Source: a virus (taxonomy: Duplodnaviria > Caudoviricetes). Taken from it: 64,000 bases of DNA. The notes under the pieces were generated by a model that was not told the origin of the DNA, made no database searches, and saw only the letters and a program-made list of their open reading frames with translations. Shown here one piece after another: positions 53,199 through 63,073 of the stretch; position 1 is the first letter of the stretch, and the number at the start of each line of letters is the position of its first letter. Made by a program: the position numbers and the translations under genes. The stretch is from IMG/VR virus record IMGVR_UViG_3300036976_000011, positions 26,408-90,407 of that record. The stretch is one strand, 5' to 3'.

Positions 53199-53394
53199 GA
53201 TCTCCGCTAATACTATTCAGATTTTAAAACAGATTGCCCATTATGCTGAAAGGCATTACTGGCTACTGTTATTGCTAATTCACTCGTGGCGAGGGCGCTT
53301 TGGCTTGCGCCGCAGTTTTACCGGCCTTGCTAGGGTGACTCCGGCTATTGTATACGCTCGAAGCGCCGCCCCCACAAATGAACTAGCTACAACC

Positions 53395-53423
53395 ATTTTA
53401 CACTTTTTTGGCGTCTTTGTCAA
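53395..53423 (-). promoter_or_regulatory. sigma70-type promoter
   Basis: TTGACA-17 nt-TAAAAT. Confidence 0.65.
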
Positions 53424-53872
53424 TATGTCTCTAGTCCATGTTTGGATACGTCAAAAATCTCAAAATTCGGCAACAGTATTACGCCGTCTACTAACGGGTT
53501 GACAATAATTGTCATGCCAAGCACATCTGCGCACCCCCTGAACTCCTGATAGAATCCAATCGGAAAGTTAGCACAATTTATCTTTAATTCCTTTGCCTGC
53601 CGTGCACCCAAAATAACAGTCTCAGGCCACTTGCCGGTCATCCCTTGCATAGCCTGCGCTTGTTCAATTATCAAGCTAGAAATCTCACTAAAATCTATAC
53701 GCATCATTTGATACTCAACATAATTGTCTTGATGCTCACTGCCTATTCTCCGCAACACACATAGACACAACCTTTGTAGCCACCGCAGGTTTCCGCTTGG
53801 ATTATACTGATATGCACCGGATAGCCTATTTACCGAACGCTTAATGGGCTTGTAATAGCCTTGCACTGTCAT
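53420..53872 (-). CDS. hypothetical protein
   Basis: 150-aa ORF. Confidence 0.5.
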   Translation of the reverse strand: MTVQGYYKPIKRSVNRLSGAYQYNPSGNLRWLQRLCLCVLRRIGSEHQDNYVEYQMMRIDFSEISSLIIEQAQAMQGMTGKWPETVILGARQAKELKINCANFPIGFYQEFRGCADVLGMTIIVNPLVDGVILLPNFEIFDVSKHGLETY

Positions 53873-53877
53873 TGCAG

Positions 53878-54402
53878 CTAGTCCCCCTTATCAATAAGAT
53901 ACTTTTCTATCACGTCTGGCAGGTACAAATCGTCAGGCCAGTCGCCAGCCCCGCCAAGACTAGCACAGAGTCGCCGCAGTGCAGCAAGTGTCTCGCCCCG
54001 CTCCTGAAGGAGCGCCAAGCGACCCCGCTCCCCCTCGACTAGTTCCCACTGTACTACGTGTAAAACGCTACGGGCTACCGCTAATCGCACTTCCTGGTAT
54101 GCTTGATTGCTTGGCTCGTGCGACATATACCGCATGTGCTCCAAGCTCTCCCTGTGCCGCTTGTTCCCATCCCAACAGAGCACCTTGCCACAAATGTAGC
54201 AACGCGCCTGACCCGTTTTTAGCATCAGCAGCGGCGAGCACAGGTAGAACGTGGCGTTGTATTCGACTGCGTCCATCAGGTAATTGTTACAGCCCAGACA
54301 TTTTAGCGGGATGGTCTCGCCGTAGAGTTTAGTCATTCTCGTCCACCTCTCGCAATGGCGGCCTGTCGCCCCGGTCATATTTTGGTAGTACAAATTCCTC
54401 AA
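53878..54402 (-). CDS. Cys-rich hypothetical protein
   Basis: CLGC and CYIC motifs. Confidence 0.45.
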   Translation of the reverse strand: MRNLYYQNMTGATGRHCERWTRMTKLYGETIPLKCLGCNNYLMDAVEYNATFYLCSPLLMLKTGQARCYICGKVLCWDGNKRHRESLEHMRYMSHEPSNQAYQEVRLAVARSVLHVVQWELVEGERGRLALLQERGETLAALRRLCASLGGAGDWPDDLYLPDVIEKYLIDKGD

Positions 54403-54595
54403 CGTGCGGTATTGGCGCTGTGAAAGTTTTTCTTAAAAGCTCCCTGATTCGCCGCTCAACATCTTCAGGCGATAATCCAAGTTGCTCCTCTAAGCCTGAT
54501 GGCAAACCGCTTGTAATGTCCTGACCAATTAGGAACTTGTCACCCGGCTTTGCCTCTTTGGCAGATTGCTCATTGAAGTCATCGTGTATTGTCAT
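54329..54595 (-). CDS. hypothetical protein
   Basis: Start MTIHDD after GGAG. Confidence 0.45.
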   Translation of the reverse strand: MTIHDDFNEQSAKEAKPGDKFLIGQDITSGLPSGLEEQLGLSPEDVERRIRELLRKTFTAPIPHVEEFVLPKYDRGDRPPLREVDEND

Positions 54596-54879
54596 CTCTC
54601 CGTCTCCCTGCCCCAAAGTGTAATATCAGCCCGGTCAAATTTATCTCCGGGCCAATAGATAAATTCGTCCATTCTGGCTTCAATTTCCAATGAAAGCACC
54701 CTCAGCTTGAACAATTCACCGCTTCGATGTAATCCGTCTAAGCACACGATAATATCTCTCGTCAGCCGGGCCTCAATAGCTATTTCCCATAGTCCAGACA
54801 AATAACATAGCTGCGTCCTATGAGTATCAAATTCGATTTGCCTGCCATTTTGCTGAACAACAATGGTTAGTAACTGCAT
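54592..54879 (-). CDS. hypothetical protein
   Basis: Abuts upstream gene. Confidence 0.45.
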   Translation of the reverse strand: MQLLTIVVQQNGRQIEFDTHRTQLCYLSGLWEIAIEARLTRDIIVCLDGLHRSGELFKLRVLSLEIEARMDEFIYWPGDKFDRADITLWGRETER

Positions 54880-55287
54880 TCATCTCTCCATCTCCTTCAC
54901 CGCCGCCGCTATCGCATCCTCAAGAATCTTGACGTGCTGCCCGCGCAGCGACTCGATGATTTTGCGTATGGGTCGCCAGCGCCCACGGTGAACCTCAGCT
55001 TGTTCCTCGCCCTGGACGTAGGGGGAATACTCTGTTGGATTTTCCACGATGGCCGCAATGCCGTCTATAGTCTGTTCAACGCTGGTTTTCCACCTGCGCC
55101 CTAGCGTACCTGTGCGTCGGTAGGTGCTGCCCGATGGCGGCGGTGGGTAAACCTGCGCTGGGCGCTGGACGCTAAAGCCAACCTTCTGCATCGCTCGCCG
55201 CAAGTGCTTGCGCAGAATGAACGGCGCACGCTCTAGGACCTTTTTGATCTTGTCTGCGCCCTCGATTTTAAGGGTATATTCAACCAT
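54880..55287 (-). CDS. HK97 gp10-like neck/tail protein
   Basis: YRRTGTLGRRW, NPTEYSPYV. Confidence 0.7.
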   Translation of the reverse strand: MVEYTLKIEGADKIKKVLERAPFILRKHLRRAMQKVGFSVQRPAQVYPPPPSGSTYRRTGTLGRRWKTSVEQTIDGIAAIVENPTEYSPYVQGEEQAEVHRGRWRPIRKIIESLRGQHVKILEDAIAAAVKEMER

Positions 55288-55783
55288 TAGCAGTCACTCT
55301 TATTACCTGCACAGGCGACGCGCAAAATACCGATAACTCTATCGCCGTCTCTACAGCTTTTTCAACATCATGTCCCAGATAAAGAGCCGCAAGCGCAAAG
55401 TCCATGCCTGCCCCTATTGCCTCATAGGTAATCACTTGGTCAATTAACCACTGCTCAATGTGAAAAATCTTGTGCCCTAGACCAATCAAGTAGTGGTTCT
55501 CTATCTCTCTTTTGTCGGTCTTTTTATGTTTCCACTCTGAAAACTCTGCCCAAAACTCTAGCAAGGCACTTTCGGCTTCACTCGCTGGCTTATGCGTAGC
55601 GGCGAATAGCCGCAAAAGGGCTGCTTCTTCAGCCGTCCCAACACTGCCAATCACGAGACCATTGACCTTAAACAACTTTGACAACTTGGAATTGTTTCTC
55701 GTTTGCGTGTAGCCGCGCACTGAAATGGAATCCGACGCGATTTCATACCCATCCTTAGTAACTTTGCAGGCTACGACTGACAT
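55280..55783 (-). CDS. Ntn-hydrolase peptidase (HslV/proteasome beta-like)
   Basis: N-terminal (M)SVVAC, ASDS, SKLFK, GSVG, AIGAGMDFALAAL..G..VEKAVETAI. Confidence 0.75.
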   Translation of the reverse strand: MSVVACKVTKDGYEIASDSISVRGYTQTRNNSKLSKLFKVNGLVIGSVGTAEEAALLRLFAATHKPASEAESALLEFWAEFSEWKHKKTDKREIENHYLIGLGHKIFHIEQWLIDQVITYEAIGAGMDFALAALYLGHDVEKAVETAIELSVFCASPVQVIRVTANG

Positions 55784-55789
55784 CCTTTG

Positions 55790-56062
55790 CTATCTCCTCG
55801 CTGTGTACTCGTACTTGATTACACCGCCGTCCTGCATAGTCGGCATTGCCATCTCACCCGATGACATCCTTGCGGGCGGTGATTGGAACCATTGCACTTT
55901 CTCAGTCTGTCTTTCATCCCCTCTAATATACCCTAAAGCGTAGGCTAAGACAAGACATATAAAAAAGGCTACTCTATCAGTCACACTGGCTTCTCTTGTA
56001 ATGCTCTGGGCTAGGTAATACATCACAGGAAAGCAAGCGAGCCTTAAAAGAATTTTGCCCAT
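55790..56062 (-). CDS. small membrane protein (possible holin/spanin-like)
   Basis: Two hydrophobic segments, adjacent to lysin. Confidence 0.45.
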   Translation of the reverse strand: MGKILLRLACFPVMYYLAQSITREASVTDRVAFFICLVLAYALGYIRGDERQTEKVQWFQSPPARMSSGEMAMPTMQDGGVIKYEYTARR

Positions 56063-56069
56063 GTCTCAG

Positions 56070-59000
56070 TCACCTCCCCCCCCCCGCCTGCCGCGCAATC
56101 TCGTCCAAAATCACAGGCCGATACATTAGCCCCCAATCATCAGCAGGGTCATACCGGTAAAAGCAAATCCCCGTGACGGGCTGCGCGCCGGTTGCATTAT
56201 ACCGATCAAACTCCTTAACTGCCGCCTCTATCCAGGCAGCGTTGTCATCAAGCCAGCCAAGTTGTGTGTCGTCTATCCTCTGCGGGTTCACTTCGGTAAT
56301 GAATACTGGCAAATGTTGCAACGATGACTTGACCCACGCCAACTGATCTAGGTAGGTACGCAGATGCAAATACCGCCCAGTTAGCGGCGCGTCGCTAAAC
56401 TTTTCGTTAGACGCACACTCCGCAGGGTCGTTGGTCTGCGTTTTGGCATGCAACAAGATTGCATCTATCCTGTCTACAGCGTTGTGCATTGTGTCAAGCC
56501 AGACTTTGGGATCTCCTGGCTGACCGAACTCTTGAGCCACGACATTGAACGGGTCAATTGCACCGGGGGCAAGCAGAATACCAGGAGTCACCCAATCCGC
56601 CACCCGGTTGTACAAATCAAGCACTCGCGCAGGCGTTAGCACCTCATCAGGATTGGGATACCCGCCCGCCCATTCCACCGGGTTGTTCCACTCATTAAAG
56701 AGCGTGTGTAAATAAATGCCTCGTGACTGGTTGATGGTGTGCGTTATCGCGTCCACCCACTGATTAGTCTGAGCGATTGGCGGCACGGTTCCAGTGCCCC
56801 CGTAGCCATAGCCCCATCGGGCAATGACTTTGATACCCACCTGTTCAAATCTGGTCACGTCTATCGGCTCAACAGTATCGCGAACAGCCCTGTGAATGAG
56901 CAGGTAGCCTTGAATGCCTTGGTTGCGCATCCAATCCCCGCCCGCGTCATCGTGCATGCCCAGAACGACCGGCGTCCGGGGTGCATCATCCCAGTCAATC
57001 AAAATCTCCGGGTCAGCATAGTGCTCCCCAATCTTCACGTCAATGTGAAGGTGATCGCCGGTAGAATTGCCCGTGTTATCTGGCTCACCTATCACAGCGC
57101 CACTTGAGACAAAATCGCCAATCTGCACATAAGTGCCGCCGTCTACGAGATGCGCGTAGCGGATTTGCATATTTTTGCCATCTGGCAATGTGGTAAGTGT
57201 CTTAATCTGATGCCCGAACCATTCCTCTGAAAGATCGCGGCCAACAAAGATAACTTTCCCGTCATGTGCAGCAAGGACGTGGTCCCCGTGCACCGCGTGG
57301 GACGCTCGTAGGTCTAGCCCGTTGTGATAATAGGTCTCACGGTCAACGCCAAATTCGCTGGTGATATGCGCAGGCCGATGGGTCGTGGGATAAGCCAGGC
57401 TCAATCCCCGCGCCTTGAGAAGCGACGCCAGCACCCGCCCCAGTAACTGATACTCATTCCCGCCGTCTGCCGGCAGGTAGCGCACGCCAGGATAGTGTTG
57501 CTCGAAAAACGCTTGCAGACCATCAGTCCAGTTTGTTGACTGCACCGCAATAACCGCTCTATCGTCCAGGTCTCCAATACCCGCGTCATCGGCACTACCA
57601 CCAACAGTAGGACGAAAATCATCAAAGAAGCGTTCGCATAGCGTGGACGCTAGACCACCGTCCCCGTATGGCGGCAGCAAAACGTAGGAGCGTTGGTATT
57701 GCTCCCTGGGCTGTCCCCGACCCGACGAGGGTGGGTCAATTGGTGGTGGTTCAATGTCACCAACGCTCACAGCATAGTCAATCAACTCAGGATAGTCAAT
57801 ACCATAGTCATGCGACGGCCACCATTGTGAGTCAGTCGGAGCGCCCAGCGTGAACGGCGTCACGCCAAGCACGTAGTCGTCCTGGCGTGCCTTGCTATCA
57901 TACCACGCGAATCTTTCAACAACTTCCTCAGTCGTGATGTCGTGATTGCCGCCGTGGGTACGAAATTCCGAGATGATAAGCGGAACAACCTCGCCGCGCT
58001 GCTGCAATAGATGGTATAGGTAACGATAGCGGAAGCAAAGCGCACCAGCCCCAGGTACGATCGGCGAGCCTGGTATCTGATCACCCCACCACTTATCAAT
58101 AGGATCGTCGTCAAAGACGCCCTCATGCAGTGCCAGGGCATGGCCGCCAGCCTTGGCGCGTGCAAACACATCCGTCTCACACATCTCTACCATTTCTGAC
58201 CATTCTGGCGTGCCCGCGTTCAAGGAAAACAGCGCGAGCTTGACACCATGAGTGTCTGCGATGTTCATACAATGAATCATCAGACGTGAAAGTTGTGCGT
58301 AGCCAAAGTCCCCTGGCGGGTCTGGCTCGTTACACACCTCCCAATAATCTACTACATTGTGCAACTCGGGATGATGGTTCAATTTGTCCAAAATGAACGC
58401 CATGAGGTCCTGAGCCATCTCTGTCAGGTTGGTGTCAGGATCTTCAACGTCCTGACATCCCTCAGTTTGGCTAGCGATTCTGGCAACAATGACCGAATCC
58501 GGGCAAATCTCCCTCGCCTCTGCCAACCAACCCAGGTCTGACACAGCCTTGATGACGGCTGGCTGACCGCCTCTGTCACGCCATTCGCGTAATAGATCCA
58601 GCGTATCGCCTGCGGGTGACGCCGCGTTGATACTGTGCGTGCCCAAGCGAGAGCCGCCCACAGGCTCAGGCAATGGTTCGGGCACGTCAACTTGACGCAA
58701 TTCCCACTTGTCACAGAACAGCCCGTTGTTCGACAGTGGAAAGGGGAGCATAAAGCGCACTTCTACCTTGCATTGAATCGAAGGCGCAGTAAATCGGTAC
58801 GTCACGGTTTGCAGACGTTGATCTATTGGCGTATCCTGTGGCGGGTTCGCGTCTTGCCAATCGTTGGGTTCGTCATTGATTGCGAAGCGGATACGCACAG
58901 CACGAGGGTCATCTGCAAATATTTTCTGCCCTTCCTCGTACCCCGCTACCACGTCAGGGTAGAAGCGAATGGTAAAGTCGTAATCTCGCCCTGGCGCAAA

Positions 59001-59291
59001 TCCGTGAATCACCTGGTAAAATGTGAACAGGAGTGAACCGTTGCCCTTGAATGGCTTGAGACAATAGTCACCAGCAAGGATGAATAGGTCCTGCTCGTGT
59101 GGCGGCAGGTGCTCACGAGGCAACACGCGCACCTCTGGGCGCACGAATCTGGCCCAGGGATTAGGGTCTATCGGATTGTCTATTGACTCATCAGCATACC
59201 AGAACCCCCACTCCGCAGGGATTTGCAATTCAGGAATGCCATCAGGATGCCACCAGCCGCCCTCGAAGCTCGCGTTGTTTAGTTTGTTCAT
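56070..59291 (-). CDS. modular lysin: beta-sandwich, GH-A barrel, M23 peptidase, second GH-A barrel
   Basis: CNEP..ISE and FNEWN..ITE clan GH-A pairs; M23 HNGLD, YAHL, TGNSTGDHLH. Confidence 0.75.
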   Translation of the reverse strand: MNKLNNASFEGGWWHPDGIPELQIPAEWGFWYADESIDNPIDPNPWARFVRPEVRVLPREHLPPHEQDLFILAGDYCLKPFKGNGSLLFTFYQVIHGFAPGRDYDFTIRFYPDVVAGYEEGQKIFADDPRAVRIRFAINDEPNDWQDANPPQDTPIDQRLQTVTYRFTAPSIQCKVEVRFMLPFPLSNNGLFCDKWELRQVDVPEPLPEPVGGSRLGTHSINAASPAGDTLDLLREWRDRGGQPAVIKAVSDLGWLAEAREICPDSVIVARIASQTEGCQDVEDPDTNLTEMAQDLMAFILDKLNHHPELHNVVDYWEVCNEPDPPGDFGYAQLSRLMIHCMNIADTHGVKLALFSLNAGTPEWSEMVEMCETDVFARAKAGGHALALHEGVFDDDPIDKWWGDQIPGSPIVPGAGALCFRYRYLYHLLQQRGEVVPLIISEFRTHGGNHDITTEEVVERFAWYDSKARQDDYVLGVTPFTLGAPTDSQWWPSHDYGIDYPELIDYAVSVGDIEPPPIDPPSSGRGQPREQYQRSYVLLPPYGDGGLASTLCERFFDDFRPTVGGSADDAGIGDLDDRAVIAVQSTNWTDGLQAFFEQHYPGVRYLPADGGNEYQLLGRVLASLLKARGLSLAYPTTHRPAHITSEFGVDRETYYHNGLDLRASHAVHGDHVLAAHDGKVIFVGRDLSEEWFGHQIKTLTTLPDGKNMQIRYAHLVDGGTYVQIGDFVSSGAVIGEPDNTGNSTGDHLHIDVKIGEHYADPEILIDWDDAPRTPVVLGMHDDAGGDWMRNQGIQGYLLIHRAVRDTVEPIDVTRFEQVGIKVIARWGYGYGGTGTVPPIAQTNQWVDAITHTINQSRGIYLHTLFNEWNNPVEWAGGYPNPDEVLTPARVLDLYNRVADWVTPGILLAPGAIDPFNVVAQEFGQPGDPKVWLDTMHNAVDRIDAILLHAKTQTNDPAECASNEKFSDAPLTGRYLHLRTYLDQLAWVKSSLQHLPVFITEVNPQRIDDTQLGWLDDNAAWIEAAVKEFDRYNATGAQPVTGICFYRYDPADDWGLMYRPVILDEIARQAGGGR

Positions 59292-59308
59292 AGTGCTACT
59301 ACCCCTTG

Positions 59309-59590
59309 TCAGTGCGCTGAACGAACCGTTCTTCCATCAGCGTATTCCGTAATATACTCAATCACGCCGCCCTCTTGTCGTCGCACTGGGTATCTGATAG
59401 CATCAACTCCTATGTCGCCCGTGGCGAACAATGCAGAAAAGTCAACCTCATCATGCACCTCTTTAAAATCATCCCTGGCGTAAAATAAGTAACCCAGCAG
59501 AAAGCCATTTACCCAGGCGCAAGCGAACAGCAACAAAATGATCCACCAGAGCACTTCAATCATCGCCCGGCTCTCCTGCGTCATGCTCAA
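59309..59590 (-). CDS. small membrane protein
   Basis: N-terminal TM; C-terminal QEGGVIEY motif. Confidence 0.5.
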   Translation of the reverse strand: MSMTQESRAMIEVLWWIILLLFACAWVNGFLLGYLFYARDDFKEVHDEVDFSALFATGDIGVDAIRYPVRRQEGGVIEYITEYADGRTVRSAH

Positions 59591-59762
59591 CCTGAGATGT
59601 GATAACTTGTAGCATAGCTCTCATCCTGTGTGCATAGGCTTGCATGTATAGCTTCTCAATTATTTCTTTGCGCAGTTCCGCATTAACCAGTTCCGCGACG
59701 ATCTGCTCTTGTGTTCCAAGTGCCGCCTTCTGAAAATCTGCATGTCCCAATTTCACCATCAT
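59556..59762 (-). CDS. hypothetical protein
   Basis: Coupled ORF. Confidence 0.4.
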   Translation of the reverse strand: MMVKLGHADFQKAALGTQEQIVAELVNAELRKEIIEKLYMQAYAHRMRAMLQVITSQVEHDAGEPGDD

Positions 59763-59766
59763 TAAA

Positions 59767-59979
59767 CTAACTCTCCCACGGCAACTTGCTCCCCTGCTCT
59801 GCTAATTGGCAAAGCGCGCAGTACCAACACGACACAAGCCACAAATTCTCTAACGTGCGTGGTATTTCCATAATTCGCTCAGTATACATAGCTTCATAGG
59901 ATGTCATGCCGAATAGTCGTTCAGAGTCCTCTATAACCTTTTCCGGCTCAGAAAGTTCAAGTGGATAAGTGAATTGCAT
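59767..59979 (-). CDS. hypothetical protein
   Basis: ATG directly follows the read-through TAG of the MuF gene. Confidence 0.45.
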   Translation of the reverse strand: MQFTYPLELSEPEKVIEDSERLFGMTSYEAMYTERIMEIPRTLENLWLVSCWYCALCQLAEQGSKLPWES

Positions 59980-61059
59980 CTAGCTCTCCCACGGCAACGT
60001 CCCCACCACCGGCGAGGTCGTGCAACGTCAGCGCGGGTGCGCTGGCTCCATTGGCGGCCCTGCGCCAAAACCAACGCTGCCATCTCTGTTGTGCCAGACA
60101 TTACTATCCAGCGCCGCTATCTGCCCGTGAAGCGGGCGGCAGATTTCCTTACAAACCCACTCGTCACGGGCCGTGTTCCAAACTCGCCCAACGACAATGC
60201 CGCTTTCCTTCCAAACAATATAGTTGCCATTAGCATACGCGCTCGTTGCCTCAGTAGAGGCTATCAAGTCGGCACGTTGGCGACCAAACAAACTGCTTAG
60301 CCGCTTGACTAGCGCAGGGTAATCTTCGTGACTCTCTACCCACGATGCAAGATTTTCGCGTAGTGCTCTCCTCTCTGTCCTAGACAGTCCTTTCGCAAGC
60401 TGTCCCGCGTACTTGCGTGCCCAGGCAGCGACTTCGACATTGACTGTGCTAGCGTCCAGTCCCAGGGCATAATCGGTGAACATGGACTCTATCGCCAGGT
60501 CTGACCCAATCGTCGCGCCGCTTTCCATGAACGGAATGAGCGCCGCTGCCGTTGCCGCTGTCCATAGCGCCCACTGCGATGTGTCCTTTGCCAGTCGCTC
60601 GCCATTGCGCGCTATCTCGTCAAGCTGCGCAGCAATAAGGTATTCTTGCATCTCCGATGCTTGTACATCCCAATTGGCGAGAAGCGCGGATTGCAGGTCA
60701 CGCTCCCAGTCGGCGTAGAGTGCCCAGAGAGGTGAGGTCTCGGCTTGCTTGGTCTGTACAGTAACAACCTCGGCACGCACCCTGAGCACTTGCGCAGCGA
60801 GTTCCTGAGATTTCATTTGTCTCACTTTACCAACAAACATGGTCGGCGACCAGTTATCAATTTTTGGTATCTCTATTGGAATGTGCAATCCAGACAATGA
60901 TGCTGGTGTGTCCAGTCGTCGTTGACGCGCTTCGCTAGTAATGGGTACGAATGGCATATCAATTAGTGGTATTGACTCTCTCTTGCTCTCGCTCATGCCT
61001 ACATCAATACTGCGCCGTGCCTCTTGAGCCAACTTGTACCACCCCATCAAATGTACCAA
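59980..61059 (-). CDS. MuF/SPP1 gp7-like minor head protein with in-frame TGA at 60028-60030 (candidate selenocysteine)
   Basis: RADLIASTEATSAY, W.TARDEWVC..C.PLHG, then PAHPR-TGA-RCTTSPVV where the family has HPxCRC; read-through ends at TAG 59980-59982. Confidence 0.8.
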
Positions 61060-61231
61060 CGTTCGGGCGGTACTCTATATAGACATCACCAATCCAAATG
61101 CTCGATGCTTTATCAGGATCACGATACAATTGTCGTATCGTATCATCGTGTTCCTTGACAAAATCAAATCGCTTGGCCGGCTCGATACCTTTTATAAACA
61201 AAAACCCAACGACATCATCTTTGTCCAACAT
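61004..61231 (-). CDS. hypothetical protein
   Basis: ORF between portal and MuF. Confidence 0.45.
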   Translation of the reverse strand: MLDKDDVVGFLFIKGIEPAKRFDFVKEHDDTIRQLYRDPDKASSIWIGDVYIEYRPNVGTFDGVVQVGSRGTAQY

Positions 61232-61243
61232 TTTACACCCCCT

Positions 61244-61465
61244 TTACGCCCACCTCTCAAGCACCATGTTTGCTTTCCCATCAACCCACTCAATAAATTC
61301 AAGAATGAGAACTGCCACTCCCCCAATCATAACCAAGGGCCAGACGATACCAACGTAACAGGCATATAATCTGCTTTTTCTATTCTTTGCCCCTTCCATC
61401 TCCACCACGCTAATCATAAACACAAAAATAAGGTAAAGAATTATAGCCTCATTTACTCCCATCAT
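61244..61465 (-). CDS. small membrane protein (low GC)
   Basis: Two hydrophobic segments. Confidence 0.45.
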   Translation of the reverse strand: MMGVNEAIILYLIFVFMISVVEMEGAKNRKSRLYACYVGIVWPLVMIGGVAVLILEFIEWVDGKANMVLERWA

Positions 61466-61468
61466 GAT

Positions 61469-62944
61469 CTACGCCCACCTCTCAAATACCGCGCCCACTT
61501 GGTCAACCGTCTTTGCGCCTTCAAGTGCTGCCTCAATCTGCGCCCTAGTGTACGTCGGTATCGTGTCACTGATAAATTGTCGCTTGCCCGCGTCACGCCC
61601 CTTTGCCGCTTCCTTCAGTGCTACCTTGCGCCAGGTGCGCAAGTCCCTACGCCAGATCTTCTCTGTCGGCGTCTCTTGGACCATTTCGTACTCAGGCAGT
61701 TCCGGCTCATCTTCCGGTACAGGCAGCCCCATCGCCATTGTCTGATTCAGTGCAGGCATAAGGCCGACCAGGGTCTCACCCAAAGCGCCGCCAAGGGGTT
61801 TCTTGCCTTGCGACTCACGCGCCTCGTCTATCGTCATTACGTCTTTATGCGCCTCATATTCTTGTAGGATAAGCTCACGGTCTTGTGGCACGATGTTGTC
61901 CGCCTGAACCACCAAGTCCTCGTCGTAGTACCGATCCACAACCTGCGCGTCAACTTCTTCGGCCTGATAGTCCAGCGCAGGCTGCACCGTGTCTCGCATC
62001 ACGATAAGTTCAGCCGTGGCGGCCACGTTACGCGAAGCATCTTTAGCCCAGTAGCCCGCCGGGATACCGAATACACGATCAATGGTCTCGCGGTTCATCC
62101 CAATACCTGCTAGAAATTCCATGTCTTTTTGTGGCAGACCAATGACTTCAACGCTCAGATCATCAGCGCGCCCAAAAGCTGAGCGGCGGTTTGACCCACC
62201 AAACCGCTCCACAAACTGCTCGCGTAGACGCTGAAAATCGACATCTGACGTAGACGCTGGCACTGAAATAATGGCCGTTGGTATCGCGTTCTGCTTATCG
62301 AAAAAATTGGTATTCCACGACCACATGGCTGTATCACTTTGCACTTGTAGCCGTAGAGCAGATAGCGGCGCGAGACCGGCTAGTGGGTCAAATGGATTGG
62401 CGAGCCGAAAGTGACACACCATCTCAACGGGAAGCGTCTTGCGCATAGGTTCATAAAAATAACCCGCGAGAACATCATTGCTCCCACGCCTGGTCTTGAC
62501 TGGGCGCACGTCACGCGCCGGGAGCGGCCATATCTCCACTAATTCATCTTTGGCATTGCAAGCTAGCCACCAATAGGCGTTACCGTCTAGGTTGCGCCAC
62601 ATCGAGGTATAGGAGCGTAGGAACGAACCAGACATGAGCGGGTTGGGACGCTGAAGCAACATTTCCAGTGGGTGGTCTGTCACCGGCTCCAGCTCGCCGC
62701 CAGCGCCCTTTGCCATCACGTGCAAGCCAGCCTGAGACTCTTTGCGAGCTAGCAAATTGATGTCACTGTAGACCCACGCGCAGGCCATTGCTTGTTCCTG
62801 CAATTTGCGGCCATCCAAGTCATCGTCAGCAGCAACGCGATGATATTCAAGGCCGCTAAAGTCGTCACGGTAGACGTAGGCAGGGCGGTTTTGCTTGATT
62901 TGCAGACCAGCCTTTGCCAGAATTGAGTCAAGGACAGTTGTCAT
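61469..62944 (-). CDS. portal protein (HK97-like)
   Basis: LL.RPNPLMSG..L, GNAYW, GLAPLSAL, NFF..NAIP, MEFL....NRETIDRVFGIP. Confidence 0.9.
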   Translation of the reverse strand: MTTVLDSILAKAGLQIKQNRPAYVYRDDFSGLEYHRVAADDDLDGRKLQEQAMACAWVYSDINLLARKESQAGLHVMAKGAGGELEPVTDHPLEMLLQRPNPLMSGSFLRSYTSMWRNLDGNAYWWLACNAKDELVEIWPLPARDVRPVKTRRGSNDVLAGYFYEPMRKTLPVEMVCHFRLANPFDPLAGLAPLSALRLQVQSDTAMWSWNTNFFDKQNAIPTAIISVPASTSDVDFQRLREQFVERFGGSNRRSAFGRADDLSVEVIGLPQKDMEFLAGIGMNRETIDRVFGIPAGYWAKDASRNVAATAELIVMRDTVQPALDYQAEEVDAQVVDRYYDEDLVVQADNIVPQDRELILQEYEAHKDVMTIDEARESQGKKPLGGALGETLVGLMPALNQTMAMGLPVPEDEPELPEYEMVQETPTEKIWRRDLRTWRKVALKEAAKGRDAGKRQFISDTIPTYTRAQIEAALEGAKTVDQVGAVFERWA

Positions 62945-63073
62945 TTCCTACGCTCCAACTTCAACATCAAAATAGCCGCCCACCAGATATTAGCCGCCAC
63001 AAACCAGACGGCAGGATGCAAGATTAGCAACAGTGCCCACGGCGACAGGATGATAGACATTTTAGCCAGGTTC

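Noticed and set aside
59980-60030. Genome-wide UGA recoding
   Set aside because: Many genes end in TGA with ATGA/GTGA coupling (e.g. 37491, 43772), Trp is TGG, and no UCA-anticodon tRNA is present
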